A DNA stretch of 64,000 nt from Callorhinchus milii (Eukaryota): positions 12,216,001-12,280,000 of the forward strand of contig NW_024704743.1 of NCBI RefSeq assembly GCF_018977255.1. The letters are read 5' to 3'. The notes beneath the pieces are model-generated. The model made no database searches. It was not told the origin of the DNA and worked only from the letters and a program-made list of their open reading frames with translations. The position numbers were made by a program, and so were the translations under genes. Shown here one piece after another: positions 1-13,860 of the stretch (within the stretch, counting starts at the first letter, position 1; the number at the start of each line of letters is the position of its first letter).

Positions 1-3000
1 ATGAAAGTAGATCCATTGTATTTCTTCCCTACAATTTTCCATCTACTTTGACATAAGTACACAACAGCACTAAGCCAGAACTAATGCACCTCATAATCAA
101 TTCATTGAAATCGGCAGGAGTTAATTCCCCAAGATAAAATAGTGGATCTGAGAACAACAGTCACCCAGGTCTCAATTGATGTAACTTCCCAAGACCTGAA
201 ATATTCTTTAGGGTCTGTCATACAAAATTATTGAACGTATAATTATGATTGAAGTCAATATTCAACTCCTTATGTCATACAACTCAAAATCTACTGATTT
301 AGAATAACAAATTCCTTACCCCAAAAAGTTAGGGACTTTTCTGATCCTTTACATACCACAGTAAAAAATGTTTAAACATTTCAGAGATCAAAATACAAGG
401 TTCACCTAATAATGATTCTGAGTCATATATAGCCCACTCCTGCTGCAAACCCAATAGGAATTCTACTCTGATGTGTCTGGACATAGATCACTGAGTTCCC
501 ACGAGCTGGCGTAATGCACTTCATCAGGACTCATCATTAGCAAAGCCTGATAGTAAATCTCACATATGTAACCCCATTTACAATATAAAGCGAGAACTTC
601 AACCGATTCCAGGACTGCAAGATAGATCCCCAGTGCAACTCTCTGACAATATCATCAATATCTTCTGATTTCTGAGACACTTGGGTTCAACTCCAGTCCA
701 GAGATGAGAGATAAAAATCTCCCTCTGATGGCTCCTAAGGGTACTATCAAAAATAAAACAAGTTTTGTCAGTCTAGATTCTAACCCACTGTATAAAACTA
801 TCCATAATTCAGCACCAATTGAGCAATCTTACTCTCGGGGAAGAGTACAATGGAAACAGAAAACTCACACCGATGTAGTGAGATGTGATCATGTGAAAGG
901 ATTGAAATATATCCCAGGAGTAGTATAGCGAAAGCACCATCACAACAGCTTGCATTTATAGAGGGTGCTTTATGCGGGATAGCGTCTTGGAGCACTTAAC
1001 AATGAGGTAGTTTAACGCTGAGCCGGGGAGAAAGGGGAGGTGACCGTAGACATGTGATTTTTCCGCTGCATTAAGAACAAAAAGGTATTCAGTTCATCAA
1101 GCCACACTTTCCACACAGTTGGCATCGAGGAGGGGTCCTGTGTTAGCTGAGCAAAGTGGGAAAGCAGCAGAGTGGGTGTACGAGTAAGTCATTTCTCCTG
1201 TCTCTGGACTGGATTTGAACCTATGTACCTCAGATGTCAGAGAATAATATTGGTAGGGAGTTGCAGTGTAAACCTCATAGTCCTCAAATCAGTTCAAATT
1301 CTGCGAGAGTAATAAGTAATTGGCAAGAAAGGAAATTAAGGCACATGGAGGAATGACAAGGAAATGAAACTAAAGAGTTGCCATAGTTGCAGGTTTGATG
1401 GAGGGCTATTGGGAAATGGAAATGAAAGTATTTCTCAGAAAACAGCCAGCATAGAACACTTGGTCTTTCTTTGCTTCAATCTCTTCATGATGGGCCAAAT
1501 TGCCTTCTTGTGTGCTGTAAATTTCTATATTTCTATAGACCGAATGGCCCACTTCTGTTTCTACAAAATATTCCTACGGTTTTATGAGTTCAGAATAGAT
1601 TGTGCCCAGAGCTATGTCGTCTTCCATACCAGATTTGTTTATACCTTATTTCCCATGTTTTCTCCTCCTCTTTCTCTGGGTAGGACCTTTCTATGAGGTG
1701 AAATGTTGCACAAGCATGAGACGTCTTAAAAGTTCTGACAGACTTTTTGGCCACTGGCTGGGGAGGAGTTTGGAAAAGGAGCTTTACCCCAACGTGCACA
1801 CACATGCAGCTCCAACTGTTTAGATAAGCGTGGGTATCCAAGCTGATTTTTTCTTCCCTAATCAGGGTCAGTGGTAGGACTCAACTGAGGTTTACTAATT
1901 CAGCACAGACTGGAGATGGGACTCAATCTGTATGGCTCAGCTAGTGACCAGAGAAACCACCAAGCTGTCGGCAGGGCTCATTCCATTGTTTACTTCCACT
2001 GCATTAAAAACAGAAAGCTATTCAGTTCATCAAGCCACACTTTCCACATAAAATTGCTTAGTTACTCCCAATAATATTAATAATAATAATCTTTGCATTG
2101 GAAATAGTGCCTTATCAGGTCATTGAAGGGATTATTACCCCTGGAAAGCAGTCCACCAATGGACTAACAACCGGGATCCTACTTAAACAGACGTGTGTGG
2201 AGTAAGAAAACTTAACTAAGGTTTCGCCATGCCCGGGAATCGAACCGGGGTCCTCTCACTTATGAGGCTAGCGTAACATTCTGATATGGGATTCCTAGAA
2301 TGTTAAAGCTAATCAAGTGCCAGAATATTTATCTATATCCACATATCCACACCTTCAACATTGATCCCTGGCATTCTTCTCTCCACACACTTCCCACCCA
2401 CTCCATCCACAGGAGCATAGAAGTATTGTCTCCCATGGAGTAGGTTACTTGCTCATTTCAGCCTGAGTGTCAGAATCTGTTAGAAGTGAGATCAGGAAAC
2501 ATTTCTGCACAAGGTGGATTGAGAATGTGGAATGCACTGCCCCCAGAAGGCAGTATGGGTTCAATCAATTGAATTGTTTTGAAAGGAAAATAGAGCAACG
2601 CTTGGGAAGTACGGGTATTAAGGAGAAAAGGTGTGAAATACGGTTAAATGCCATGATCTAAAGAAATCGGTGCAACAATGCTCACCAGGTTGAATGCCTC
2701 CAATTTCCCGAAATGCTCCAGCACTGCTTCCAAAGCAAATTCTGTTTCCCTGAAACCAATTGGGTGCAATTGGCTCCTGCGTTTCGCCTACAAAATTGTC
2801 AATTTACTTTATAATGTATACTGTGAAGCGCTTTGAGTCTTATCAACGGTACGATAAGACCTGCTAGAGACCGATCAAATGTGACCAGTATGACTATTAT
2901 TATTATTATTCAAGAATTTAAAAAGTCCTGCATTCCTGAAATGTTAAAAGTTTGGAACTTTGGGATTGATTTAGCACCTGGACTGTTAACGCATTCACTC

Positions 3001-5491
3001 TTTGCTTATCTCTCTCATCAAGCTGTCATCCAAGGGTATTAGAACTTTTACAAAAATGATTTAGGAAAGGATAGAGTCATTATCCTGAGTTATTATTCTG
3101 TTTAATAAGTCAATGATCTGTGAAATTGAAATACAAAAGCAAAGAACAAGCCAAGATTATTAACGCGGTGTGCAATTTAAAAATATATCACCAAGCATTC
3201 CACTGCATGCAAGATGTGACAGATGCCTGGGAATGATTTTATTTTCATGAAGGAGCATTTTAAAGCAAGATAGCAAAAAAAATGGGATTTTATTGTTTCA
3301 AAGCATACATTCTGCAAGACGATCCTGAAATTTGTTTTTAAATGGCTTAGATTTCTGTCATTTAGACCTGCCAGAGACTGATCAAAACGTGATTCAACTT
3401 GGGATTTTAAGAAGTGCATTGCAATTTTCCATTATTAAACATTGTGCTTGAAGAGATCATCAGCAACCAAGTAATGGTACTTGTTTAAAAAAAAGAATTT
3501 AAAATCCAAATAAAACTACAAAGCAGTTTTACTCTACTAAACAAAAGCGCTTCACTTTTCAGTCCCTCACCAATCCTACAAATGGGTTGACAGAGGACTC
3601 AAAACTTTTTTTTAAATAAGCCCAAACTTGCAACGAAAATGTCAAGGACACGTTAATGTCACTGCAAATTGAAAATCCATTTATGTAAAATGTACTAAAG
3701 CTTTTAAGGTCAACTCCGCAGAACATTAATAGATGTGATAGAAACAGCCTTAGTGCTCAGGAACACAGAGGCTTTCCATGACAATAAAACCCTTTTAAGT
3801 AAGTGAAGAAAGCTTCTGAACTTATCTGTATATCCGACAGACATTTGCTAATAGTTTACCGTGAATTGATATAGGTATCTAGAAGCATTATTTTTGAATA
3901 AACCTGAAATTTCTCATGGTTTTACTCATAAAACTTAACATCATGTGCAGTTTGGAAAATTCTTAAAATCAATCTTAATGTAGAAATAAGTTTTCTGTGT
4001 TTTGTTTTGAGAAGTGCAGAACACTGGATTCCAAATTAAGCCTGAATCGAAGACTTTTCCAAAATTTGCACCATCTTATGTCATTAGTCTCAAGGCTAAG
4101 ACTATGAGAAATGATGAGATGTTAAACCGAGGTACTGTCTCTGCCTGTTCAAGTGGACGTTAAAGATCCCATGGAGCTATTCGAAAAGAGAATGGAGTTT
4201 CTCTCTCCCGGTGTCCTGGCCAACAATCCCCCAAAATCGGTGACTCACTCCATGGCTGTTTGTGGGAGCTTGCTGTGCGAACTGGCTACCACATTCATCC
4301 ACAAAACAGCCTATACACTTTATATCCTGTGAAGCACTTTGAGAAGTCCCGCTGATATGAAAGGAGCTGTATCAAATGTAACAATTATTATCATTATTAT
4401 TATTATTATGAGGAGTATCTTCAGACCTCATGCTTCTGATGAGAAACACTCATTTGGATGAAGGTTATAAATTGTCAGATAAAGGTTAATGAATTATCAG
4501 AAAATTATTCATGCAGATTCGTACACATCTATGGTTTTAACATCCACTTTCTAAAGAAACCATGCGTCCCAGCCTTACATAGCAATTTCCAATGTTTCAA
4601 TATAGAAATTGATTTTCATGTTTTCAGCAGGTTAAAGGTTAATTTTGCTAAAAGTTTGTTTTCAATGACAAGCTGTTTACAGACACAGTCAGCCTAATGG
4701 TTCCTAATACATCCATTTCCTAAAAGATCCCCGAGGCGGCTGACAGTAAGTTATTTATCAGATTCCATTAAATCTAAAACAGTTATTTAGTTACTGCAGT
4801 GATGCATCAATATTTATGGACATGCGAATAAGGCTTATTACCTATTCCAGCCATGTCCAATTTCAAAGGGAATCTGGAAGCAATTTCCTGATTTGAGAGC
4901 GATAAAGCATTTCAGGCAGACATGCAAATGTTAAATGCCTTCATTTACCAGCCAGGTGAACCTGCTGCAAATTTAAGGTAAATAAGACATTTCATCAGAT
5001 TTTAGTTGAATTAATTTGAAATATTAAAAATGACTTTCTTAATAAGCAAGGACGAAGTATGTTGCCTATGTTAATATAGTTAACAAATACACGTATCAAA
5101 CAGCAGGTGACCAAACAAAATGGGATATCATGTGCTGGTCCCAGAAAAGGACACAAAATAGAGGCAAAGGGCAACATTTCACTGAATCAGATTCATACTT
5201 TGGAACAATAAGGTCATTCCTAATTTTGGGTTACACATTCACCACCACTGACCACCCAAGCAGGGTAAAACAAACATAAACTGATATATTGGAGAGTAAA
5301 CAGATAACACCCACTGGATGCCATCACAGGAAAATAATTAATAATCTCAAATAAACAATCACGAAAATGGTAAAGAAATTAAGTAGAATGCTATGCAGCT
5401 CCAAATCCAGAAACCTTGAAACCCCCCAAAACCCTCTCTGGCCTAAGGCAAGATCAGCACTTTATTAAAAATAAAATTTGCATTTGTTGTT

Positions 5492-6500
5492 GCAAATGAC
5501 ATTCTGTCCATCTGTGACGAGGACTACTTCTCTCCTTTCTGTTGCTGTTGATACTGTTGACCACTCTCTCCTCCTCCACCTCCTCTCCTCTCAACTCAAC
5601 CTTCATGGTTCTGTCCTCGAGTGGTTCAGATCCTATCTCTCAAACCGTCTCCACTTTGTCTCCACAAACGACTTATCCTCCAGCCCCCACATGGTCTTGT
5701 GCAGTATTCTTCAGGGCTCTGTCCTTGGCCCTCTCCTCTTCAACTTGTATATGCTCCCTCTTGGTGACAGCATCCGCAGACATGGGGGTCAACTTTCAAA
5801 TGTATGCAGATGACACCCAGCTCTATCCCTCTGCCTCCACCCTCATCTCCAGGTCCAAAGCACCCCCACATCCATGCCATGACCCGCTCAGCCTTCCTCC
5901 AACCCCACAACATCACCCGGCTTAGCCACTGCCTCACCCATCAGGTTGCCAAAACCCTCATTCACGCATTCATCATATCTAGACTCGACTACGCCAACTC
6001 CCTGCTTGTCAACCTTCCCAACTGTTCCCTCTACATGCTGCAGATCATCCAGAACCCTGCAGTTGGTGACCTCTCCCACACCAGGCTCCATGACCCCATT
6101 CACCCCACCCTCGCCCAGCTCCACTGGCTCCCCATCCACCAGAGGATAGAGTTCAAAATCCTCATTCTCGCCTTCAAGGCCCTCCATGCCCTTGTCCCTT
6201 CCTAACTTGTCCCTGCTAACCTCATATCAACCTGTCTACTCCTTCCTCTCCCCACAATCAGCGGTTAGGCCTTCAGCCACGCTTTGGAACTCCAACCCAC
6301 ATTCCCTTCTCCTTGCTCCCTCCCTTGCTTCCTTCAAGGCACGTCTCAAGACTCTCCGTTTCGACCGCATCTTCAGGCATCCCCCTATGCTCCCAGCCCT
6401 CGACCATCTCTTACCCAACCTCAACTTGCTCGAGTCGAAATCTCTGACTGTCCAGCACCTTGGGAGTCCTCCTGATATGAAAGGCGCTATACAAATGTAA
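5492..6500 (+). mobile_element. L2 LINE, 5'-truncated, internally deleted
   Basis: [54 protein letters not shown]2-type 3' end. Confidence 0.92.
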
Positions 6501-8650
6501 TTTTGTATTATATTGTATCTTTCACATGGGGAAGCATCTCGGAGCGCCTATTTAACATCTCGATGTAACATTTCATCCAACGGACGGCATCTCCAACAAT
6601 GCAGTGCTCCCCCAGCACTGGAGTGTCAGCATAGACTGCGTGAGTTCAACGTCCCGACGTGGGGCTTGAGCCCACAACGTTCTGACTCAGAAGCGAGAGT
6701 ATTACCAGCTGCTAAAAAATTTGATACATATGTAAGAACACGTATTTTTAAAAACAATTTCTCCATACAAATATCATGAGTGCATTGTTCATAAACATTT
6801 ATCTCAATCAGGTTACTAATTGTATATATAAAACCATTGACTCATGCTAAAGAGTCCCCCTCCTCGTGCCTGCAACAGCCCTTCTGAATTTTCAGTGCAT
6901 ATGTAGCACGTCCTTCCGACGTGAAAGGCTCTATACAAATGTAATTCTGCTGTTCTATTAATGAGACAATGAATGTCCTTATCTCCACAGATGAGTCATC
7001 TTTATCCACTTTTGCTGCATCCATCATTAAACATGTAATCATTTCACAAGGGGAAATGACAAAGCACCGGATATTGAATCCTCTGACAATGGTAACCAAT
7101 ATCAATCACCAAAGACAAGCCAGGGTCATTGGATAATGATCCAGAGCTAACTGATTTTCCCTTCCCTTGCCCGGGGCGCTGCAGTCAACAGTAATGTTTC
7201 CCTCGTTGAGATCAGCTAACTCAGCACAAGTTGGAGATTGGGTCTTCTGGATCAATAAAGTTTCTGGATCTATAAGTACCTCCCCCCCAAAGGTACACAG
7301 TATGTCATGTGAAGCACTTTGAGACGTCCTTCCAACTTGAAAGGCGCTAAATCAAACATAAGGATTATTATTCTTATTATAGAGCAAATGCCAATTTCTC
7401 CCCATCACCCCACCCCCCCAAAGATTCTCCATCCTCATATCTAATATCAAGTGTGAAGAGATCCTGCACTTCCTCATCTCAAAGAAAGAAAACAACCACC
7501 TGCTGCCTCCTTTGCTTCCCCGTGTCCCCAAGCACCCCCCATGCCTTCCACATCATTCACTCCTTCTGCTTCTGTTCCTACCAGTAGTGAGAGTCTTGCA
7601 GCCTAGTGGTTAGCGCACTCGTCTCATAAGCAAGAGGATGCTGGTTCAGGAAGGGTGAAACCTCAGGCAAGTTTCCTTACTCCACACACTTCTGTTTACC
7701 GAGCAGTAAGTAGGAACCCAATTGTTATTCAATCTCTTTCTGATGGCTCAGAGTCTAAGTTGCACAATGCAATCGACTGAACGGGAGATGCCCACATGAC
7801 CGAGATTCAGTGCCTGGGTCATTATGAACTGGTTCAAACAGAAAAGGGTATAGGTTTTGGCCCAGTAACTTTTTCTGTTTCAAAATATTTGTCATGTCCA
7901 ATCTGCAGTTTCTTTGCTGGTGTAGTACTGCTCCATCTCCTGGAAGTTCATTTACCTAATGTGCTATGAACAGAATCCACGTGACACCCATGAAGTTCCC
8001 ACTCATAGCAATGACCTTAACTCACACGCAGGTTTGGCATTGATAAGTCAGTCAACGATATGAATAATTGCATTTGATACAATGCCTCTCACATCATTTG
8101 CACATCTAAAGTGCTTCAAAGGATTTAACGCGAAGTGACTGTGTACAGTATTCAAATATCCTCAGTGGCAATCTGGGTAGTCCGGTTCCTGAGCCAGGCG
8201 TGACCGCAGTACTCCAGGGCATTGCTGATGACAGCACAGCCAGCCTGACAGGACCTGGAAGGGCAGACCAGTCACTGGGGCAGGGTATCCTCACACTCAG
8301 TTCCTGTTAACCCTGCAAGCCAAAGCCCTAACGGCTGAATGGTTCTAGCTGGACAAGCAGCGGGAAAGCTTGCCAGATTGTGATATCAATAGTAACTACA
8401 TAAAACTATGTAGTTTTAGCTGGTTAGACTTCAGCAGTACCCCAACACATCCTCTGGTGTCCCCAAGCCTTGGCTCCTGCCAATCTTCGCCTAATACTTT
8501 CCAGATTCAAGTAAGCAGCATGCATCCCTCTAGGGAGAGAGTGTGAGCATCTGGAATTTCCATATGTAGGTGGGATGCATGGAATTCTCAGTTTGGATGG
8601 GATACTGTTAAGCATGGTGATGAGTTTCCGCATGTGTCAGACCCCAGCTA

Positions 8651-11260
8651 ACAACAAAATTACATTTATAGAGCGCCTTTCACATTGGGAATACGTCCCA
8701 AAGCGCCCGATAGTCAGGGGTCAGGACCTGAGCATGGGGAGGGGTGGTGTAGGGATGAGGGAAGGCAGAGAGATGGGAGGGCGACTGAAGGCACGATCGA
8801 AGAGGAGGGTCTTGAGACCGGCCTTGAAGGAGGCAAGGGAGGAAGCGAGGCGAAGGGACTGTGGGATGGAGTTCCAGAGTGTGGGTGCAGAGAGGCAGAA
8901 TGCCCTGCCACCAAGGGTAGGGCGGGTCGGTCGGGAGACATGGAGCAGGCCGGAGCTCGCTGAACGGAGTAAGCAGGCAGGTTGGTAGGGAGTCAGCAGG
9001 TCAGAGAGGTAGGAGGGGACAAGGCCATGGATGGCCTTGAAAGTGAGGACGAGCATCTTGAATTCGATCCTCTGAGGGATGGGGAGCCAGTGGAGTCGGG
9101 CGAGGGTGGCAGTGATGGGGTCACAGAGTCTGGTGCACGAGATTGCACGAGCTGCAGAGTTTTGGCTGATCTGCAGCTTGTGAAGGGAAGAGTTGGGAAG
9201 ACCGATAAGGAGGGAGTTCCATAATCGAACGTTGATGTGACAAATGCGTGGGTGAGGGTTTCGGCAGCCTGAGGGGTGAGGCAGTGGCGGAGGTGATGGT
9301 AGGCAGTGCCGGCCATGGCGCGGATGTGGGGGAGAAAGGACAGTTCAAGGTCAAACAAAACAACCAGGTTCCTGACTAGCTTAGTGAGGTTGAGTGTGCA
9401 GCCGTGGAGGCTGATGCTGCCAGTGCCCGAGGTGCGGAGATGCTGGCGCGAGCCAATCAGGAGGGCCTCGGTCTTGCTGATGTTCAGTTGGAGAAAGTTG
9501 TCCCTCGTCCAGGACTCGATGTCGGCCAGGCAGTCGGCCAGTACTCCTGGAGTTGAGGGTGGAGGCAGAGAGACAGAGTTGGGTGTCATCTGCATACACG
9601 TGGAAATTTACCCCATGTCTGCGGATGATATCACCAAGGGGGAGCATGTAGAGGGTGAAGAGGAGGGGACAGAGGACAGAATCCCGAGGAACGCAGCACG
9701 AGATGGTGCAGGGGCTAGAGGAGAAGCCGTTTACTGAGACGAAGTGGAGGCGGTGTGAAAGGTAGGACCTGAACGGTACATGGGGTATACTTCCAAATGT
9801 ATGCAGACGACACCCAACTATATTTTTCCACCTCTCTTTGCGACCCCCAGTCCCCTGATGTTCTGTCAGATCTCAGGGGCTGAATGAGCACAAATTTCCT
9901 TCAGCTGAATGTTGACAAGGTGAAAGCCATACTTTTTGGCTCTCGTCAACGTCTAAAATTTCACGGCTCTCACCTCCTCCACCTACCCGACCTCCCCCTA
10001 AAACTCTCCGAACCCGTACGCAACCTAGGCGTCAGGTTCGACCCCCAATTATCCTTCCTCCCCCACATCCAGTCCCTCACCAGCACTGCTTTCTTCCACC
10101 TCCGACGCATTGCCCGTCTCCGCCAATACCTCTCCCCAAAAGAAACCAGCTGAAACCCTGGTCAATGCCTTTGTCACCTCTCAGCTGGACAACTCTAACG
10201 CCCTCCTTGCCGGTCTCCCATCCACGACCATCCATAAAATCCAAATCATTCAAAACTCTGCCGCCCGCATTCTCACCCACACGAAGCTCCGCTCCCTGAT
10301 CACCCCAGTCCTTGCCAGACTGCACTGACTCCCTATCCCAGAGAGGATCGATTTCAAGATCCTCACCCTTGTATTCAAGTCTATGCACTCCTCTGCACCC
10401 CCCTACCTCTCTGACCTCCTCTCTCCTCAAAACAGTACCCCTTGCCTTCGTTCCTCCGGGTCTGGCCTCCTCCTCCTCCCCCGAGTCCTACACTCCACCC
10501 TCGGCGGCCGTGCCTTCAGCCACTGAAGCCAGCCGAGGCTCTGGAACTGCCTTCCTCACTGCCTTTGTCTCGCTCCCTCCTTTCCCATTTTCAGGTCTCT
10601 GCTGAAGACCTTTCTTTTAGACTGTGCCTTTGGTCACCTTCACCCCCCTCCCCCTGGCTCAGTCCTGGGATCCGTTACTGTAAAGCATTCTGAGACGCCG
10701 TCTGGCGTGGAGTGCGCTATATAAATCCAAGTTGTTGTTGTTGTTGGATCAGTCAAGGGCAAAACCTTGGAGGTTGAGGTGGGAGGATAGACAGTGGAGG
10801 AGGATTGAAAGGTTCACAATGTCAAAAGCGGCAGAGAGGTCGAGGAGGACAAGGAGGCAGGGGGAGCCCTGGTCACACATGGTCAGGATGTCATTTGTGA
10901 TCTTGACCAGAGCAGTTTCCGTGCTGTGCGCAGCATGGAAACCTGATTGGAGGGGCTCATGGAGGGAATGGAAGGAGAGGAAAGAGCAAAGCTGGGAGGC
11001 AATGGCTCTCTCAAGGACCTTGAACAGAAAAGGGAGATTGGAGATGGGCCAGTAGCTAGATAGCTGTGATGGGTCAAGGGTAGGTTTCGTCAAGGTGGGG
11101 GTGATAGTGGCTTTTTTGAGAGGGGAAGGAACAGTGCCAGATGACAGGAGAGGCTGATGATGTCGGTAAGTAGTGGGGCAAGGAGGTGGAGCTGGGATTT
11201 AATGAGAGGGGTGAGAATGGGGTCCAAGGAGCAGGTGGTGAGCTTCATGGAGGATATGGT
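8651..11260 (-). mobile_element. L2 LINE (minus strand) split by a nested opposite-strand L2
   Basis: PISNLPFL/QSGF/STETAL/LDLSAAFD at 10749-11093 continues as WFRSYL and YADDTQL below 9774. Confidence 0.9.
9775..10747 (+). mobile_element. L2 LINE of another subfamily nested in the previous one
   Basis: YADDTQL, NFLQLN, VRNLGVRFD, LDNSNALLAGLP; (GTT)n tail. Confidence 0.9.
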
Positions 11261-13625
11261 GGTGATGATAGAGGAGGGGGTGACGGGTTCAAAGGTTTGG
11301 AAGGGGGGATAGGTAGTGGTTGGAGTTTGTGGGGGGTAGGGAGGGGGTGGAAGTTAGGAGGGCAGCTCAGTGGATTCCCTCGATTTTGGACTCGAGGAAG
11401 TCCAGCATTTCCTTGCATAACCCCCCCCACCACCACCCCCAAAGTCTATTCCACTTGTTTTGTTATGGAGCAAAGCTCCAACTACTGTAAAGTAATAAAT
11501 CCTGACCAAATGCTACATACTTAGTTTCATGAATGATTGCTTTTTCTATCTTTCCAAACCTAACCATCCATGCAATGTAAAATAGCGGACGTTGGATACA
11601 TGCCTTATACCAGCAAACAGTGCTCCATCATCCTCTGATTTTAGATGCCTTCTATTTTCCCACCTCATAGTTACTGCAGCAAAAACATGACACACTGGCA
11701 AACATGCCTTTTCACCTGTATTTAATCTGATGACTCTGAAGCAATCAGTATAAGTGAGAGAAAAGTATCTGAAGTGTAACACCGAGTTGCAATACAATAC
11801 GTAGAAATTAACAAGAAGGCAGTGCAGGGTTACACTAATATTTTTCTCTCATTTTTGGTTGAATATTTAATTTTGCATTAATTATGCAATATTAAAGATA
11901 TAATAATCCTTGCATTTGATATAGCGCTTTTCACGTCTGCTCGACGTCTCAAACCGCTTCACAGAATAGACTACTGTAAAGTGAACTGACCGTATATTTG
12001 TGGGCGAAACGCAGCAGTCAATTGCGCATAGCAGTGTCGCACAAGCAGTCGTGGATTGAAAATGACCAATTTATTATTGTTTTGTTTTGGATGGATTATT
12101 ATTAGGCGTGTTCCTTTCATATGACTTGAAACACAGATAAATTCGTTGTCACTTCATGGCTGTTAATGAAACCCTGTTATGAGCAAAATGGCAGCTGCTT
12201 TGCCTACAAAATACAATCACCACACTAAACAGTAATTACTTGTGAAACGCTTTGAAACAAAGATCAAAAAGTCATTTGTAATTTAAAAAGTGAATTATGT
12301 TTTGTAACTACACTCCAGTCAACTGCTGGTACACTACTAATCTCTGAATACAAGGTGTGTACCATTGATTTTATTAGCGTTATAAGAGATCTGTTTTGTG
12401 ACTTTCACAAGCATACTTGATGCATTAATAGAGCATTCCAGTTTGCAAATACATTATAGCAATATAGTATATATTGTTTACTTTGTGAAGATTAATTACA
12501 AGGATTATATATTTGTGAGAATTCACAAAATCTCTATTACAACTCCTGAAGTACTTTGAAACTTCCTCTGTATCAAATGTAAGGATTTTTATTATTAAAA
12601 GGCCAATGAGTGAAACAACACATGATATTTTTATTTTAATTTCTATCCTAAATAAATTTCAGCAATGAACAAAAAAACGATGAATCGTAGCTCCTGAGAA
12701 CAACTGCTGATTGTTAACTGACACCATACATTAATCCAAAAAAAGTTTCCACAGAACAAGATCTTGTTGCAGTACAATTATGAGACCATTGAACTTTTAA
12801 TATAATATGCAAAGAATTTAAAACATTGCATTAGGCATATAGAGGAGGAATTAAAGGCTCAAACATACCCAGTTGTGGCCCAATTTCAATATAATCTCAT
12901 TTCTCAGAATCTCTAATCAGTGCCGTTACCCAACATACCAGTCAAAATTAGCTGCAGCCCTCACTAAATCAACAGATATTGACAATGTGGAAAATAACCT
13001 CTTTAAATCAAGGGTGAAAGTGACAGTGGAGAAAATTACACAACACACCAACCATCTCGGGATTAATTAAACTGGCCAAAAACTTGCGGCAACAGCTTTC
13101 AGGCAAGGTAAATTATGCTTGTCATGCACAGTAAAATCCAAGATATAAAGAGGCAGAATTCCATTTCCATTGAAAACATGGGATATAACTCAAAAGAATG
13201 AAAAATATTCCATTCTATCTATCTTTGCGATAGGGAACCTGCGTAACCCTAATTGATATAAAAGAGGCTATATAAATCGTACCACTGTATTTTTAGGCAC
13301 CAGGGCTGGAGATAAAATTAATGCTGCAGATGAGGGCAGGAGCAATACATGGTAAAGGTCACTGGCCCGCAGTGACATCCACTGGATCAACAACAATCAT
13401 AACATAGAACTATAATAATAGTTAATACAATCAATTCACTTTACAGAATATTCTGTGAAGCACTTTGAGACGTCTCAAAGACGTGATAAGGCGCTATATC
13501 AAATGCAAGGATTAGATTATTACACAATTATTGTATAATAGTGATTATTATTATACAATCACCACACTAAACAGTAATTACTTGTGAAATATTTTGAAAC
13601 AAACAAACATTTGGATATCAGAATT

Positions 13626-13860
13626 CTCTCTTTTCACATAGCGAGTTGTTTGGATCTGGAATGCATTGCCTGAAAGGGTGGTGGAAGCCAATTCAATAAC
13701 AACTTTTAAGAGAGAAGCAGATAATTATTTGGGGAGGACAAGTTTGCAGGGCTACGGGGAGAGAGCGTGGGAGTGGGATTGAATTGAATAGCTCTTGTCA
13801 AAGAGCCGGCACAGACACGATGGGCCGAATGGCCTCCTGCTGTGCTGCATAATTCTATGA
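13626..13860 (+). mobile_element. CR1 3' end fragment
   Basis: Matches 19780-20010 and, reverse-complemented, 63348-63545. Confidence 0.85.

Noticed and set aside
11546..11797. Minus-strand ORF/exon candidate (also 14024-14296, 29624-29914)
   Set aside because: No recognisable homology and no consistent exon chain
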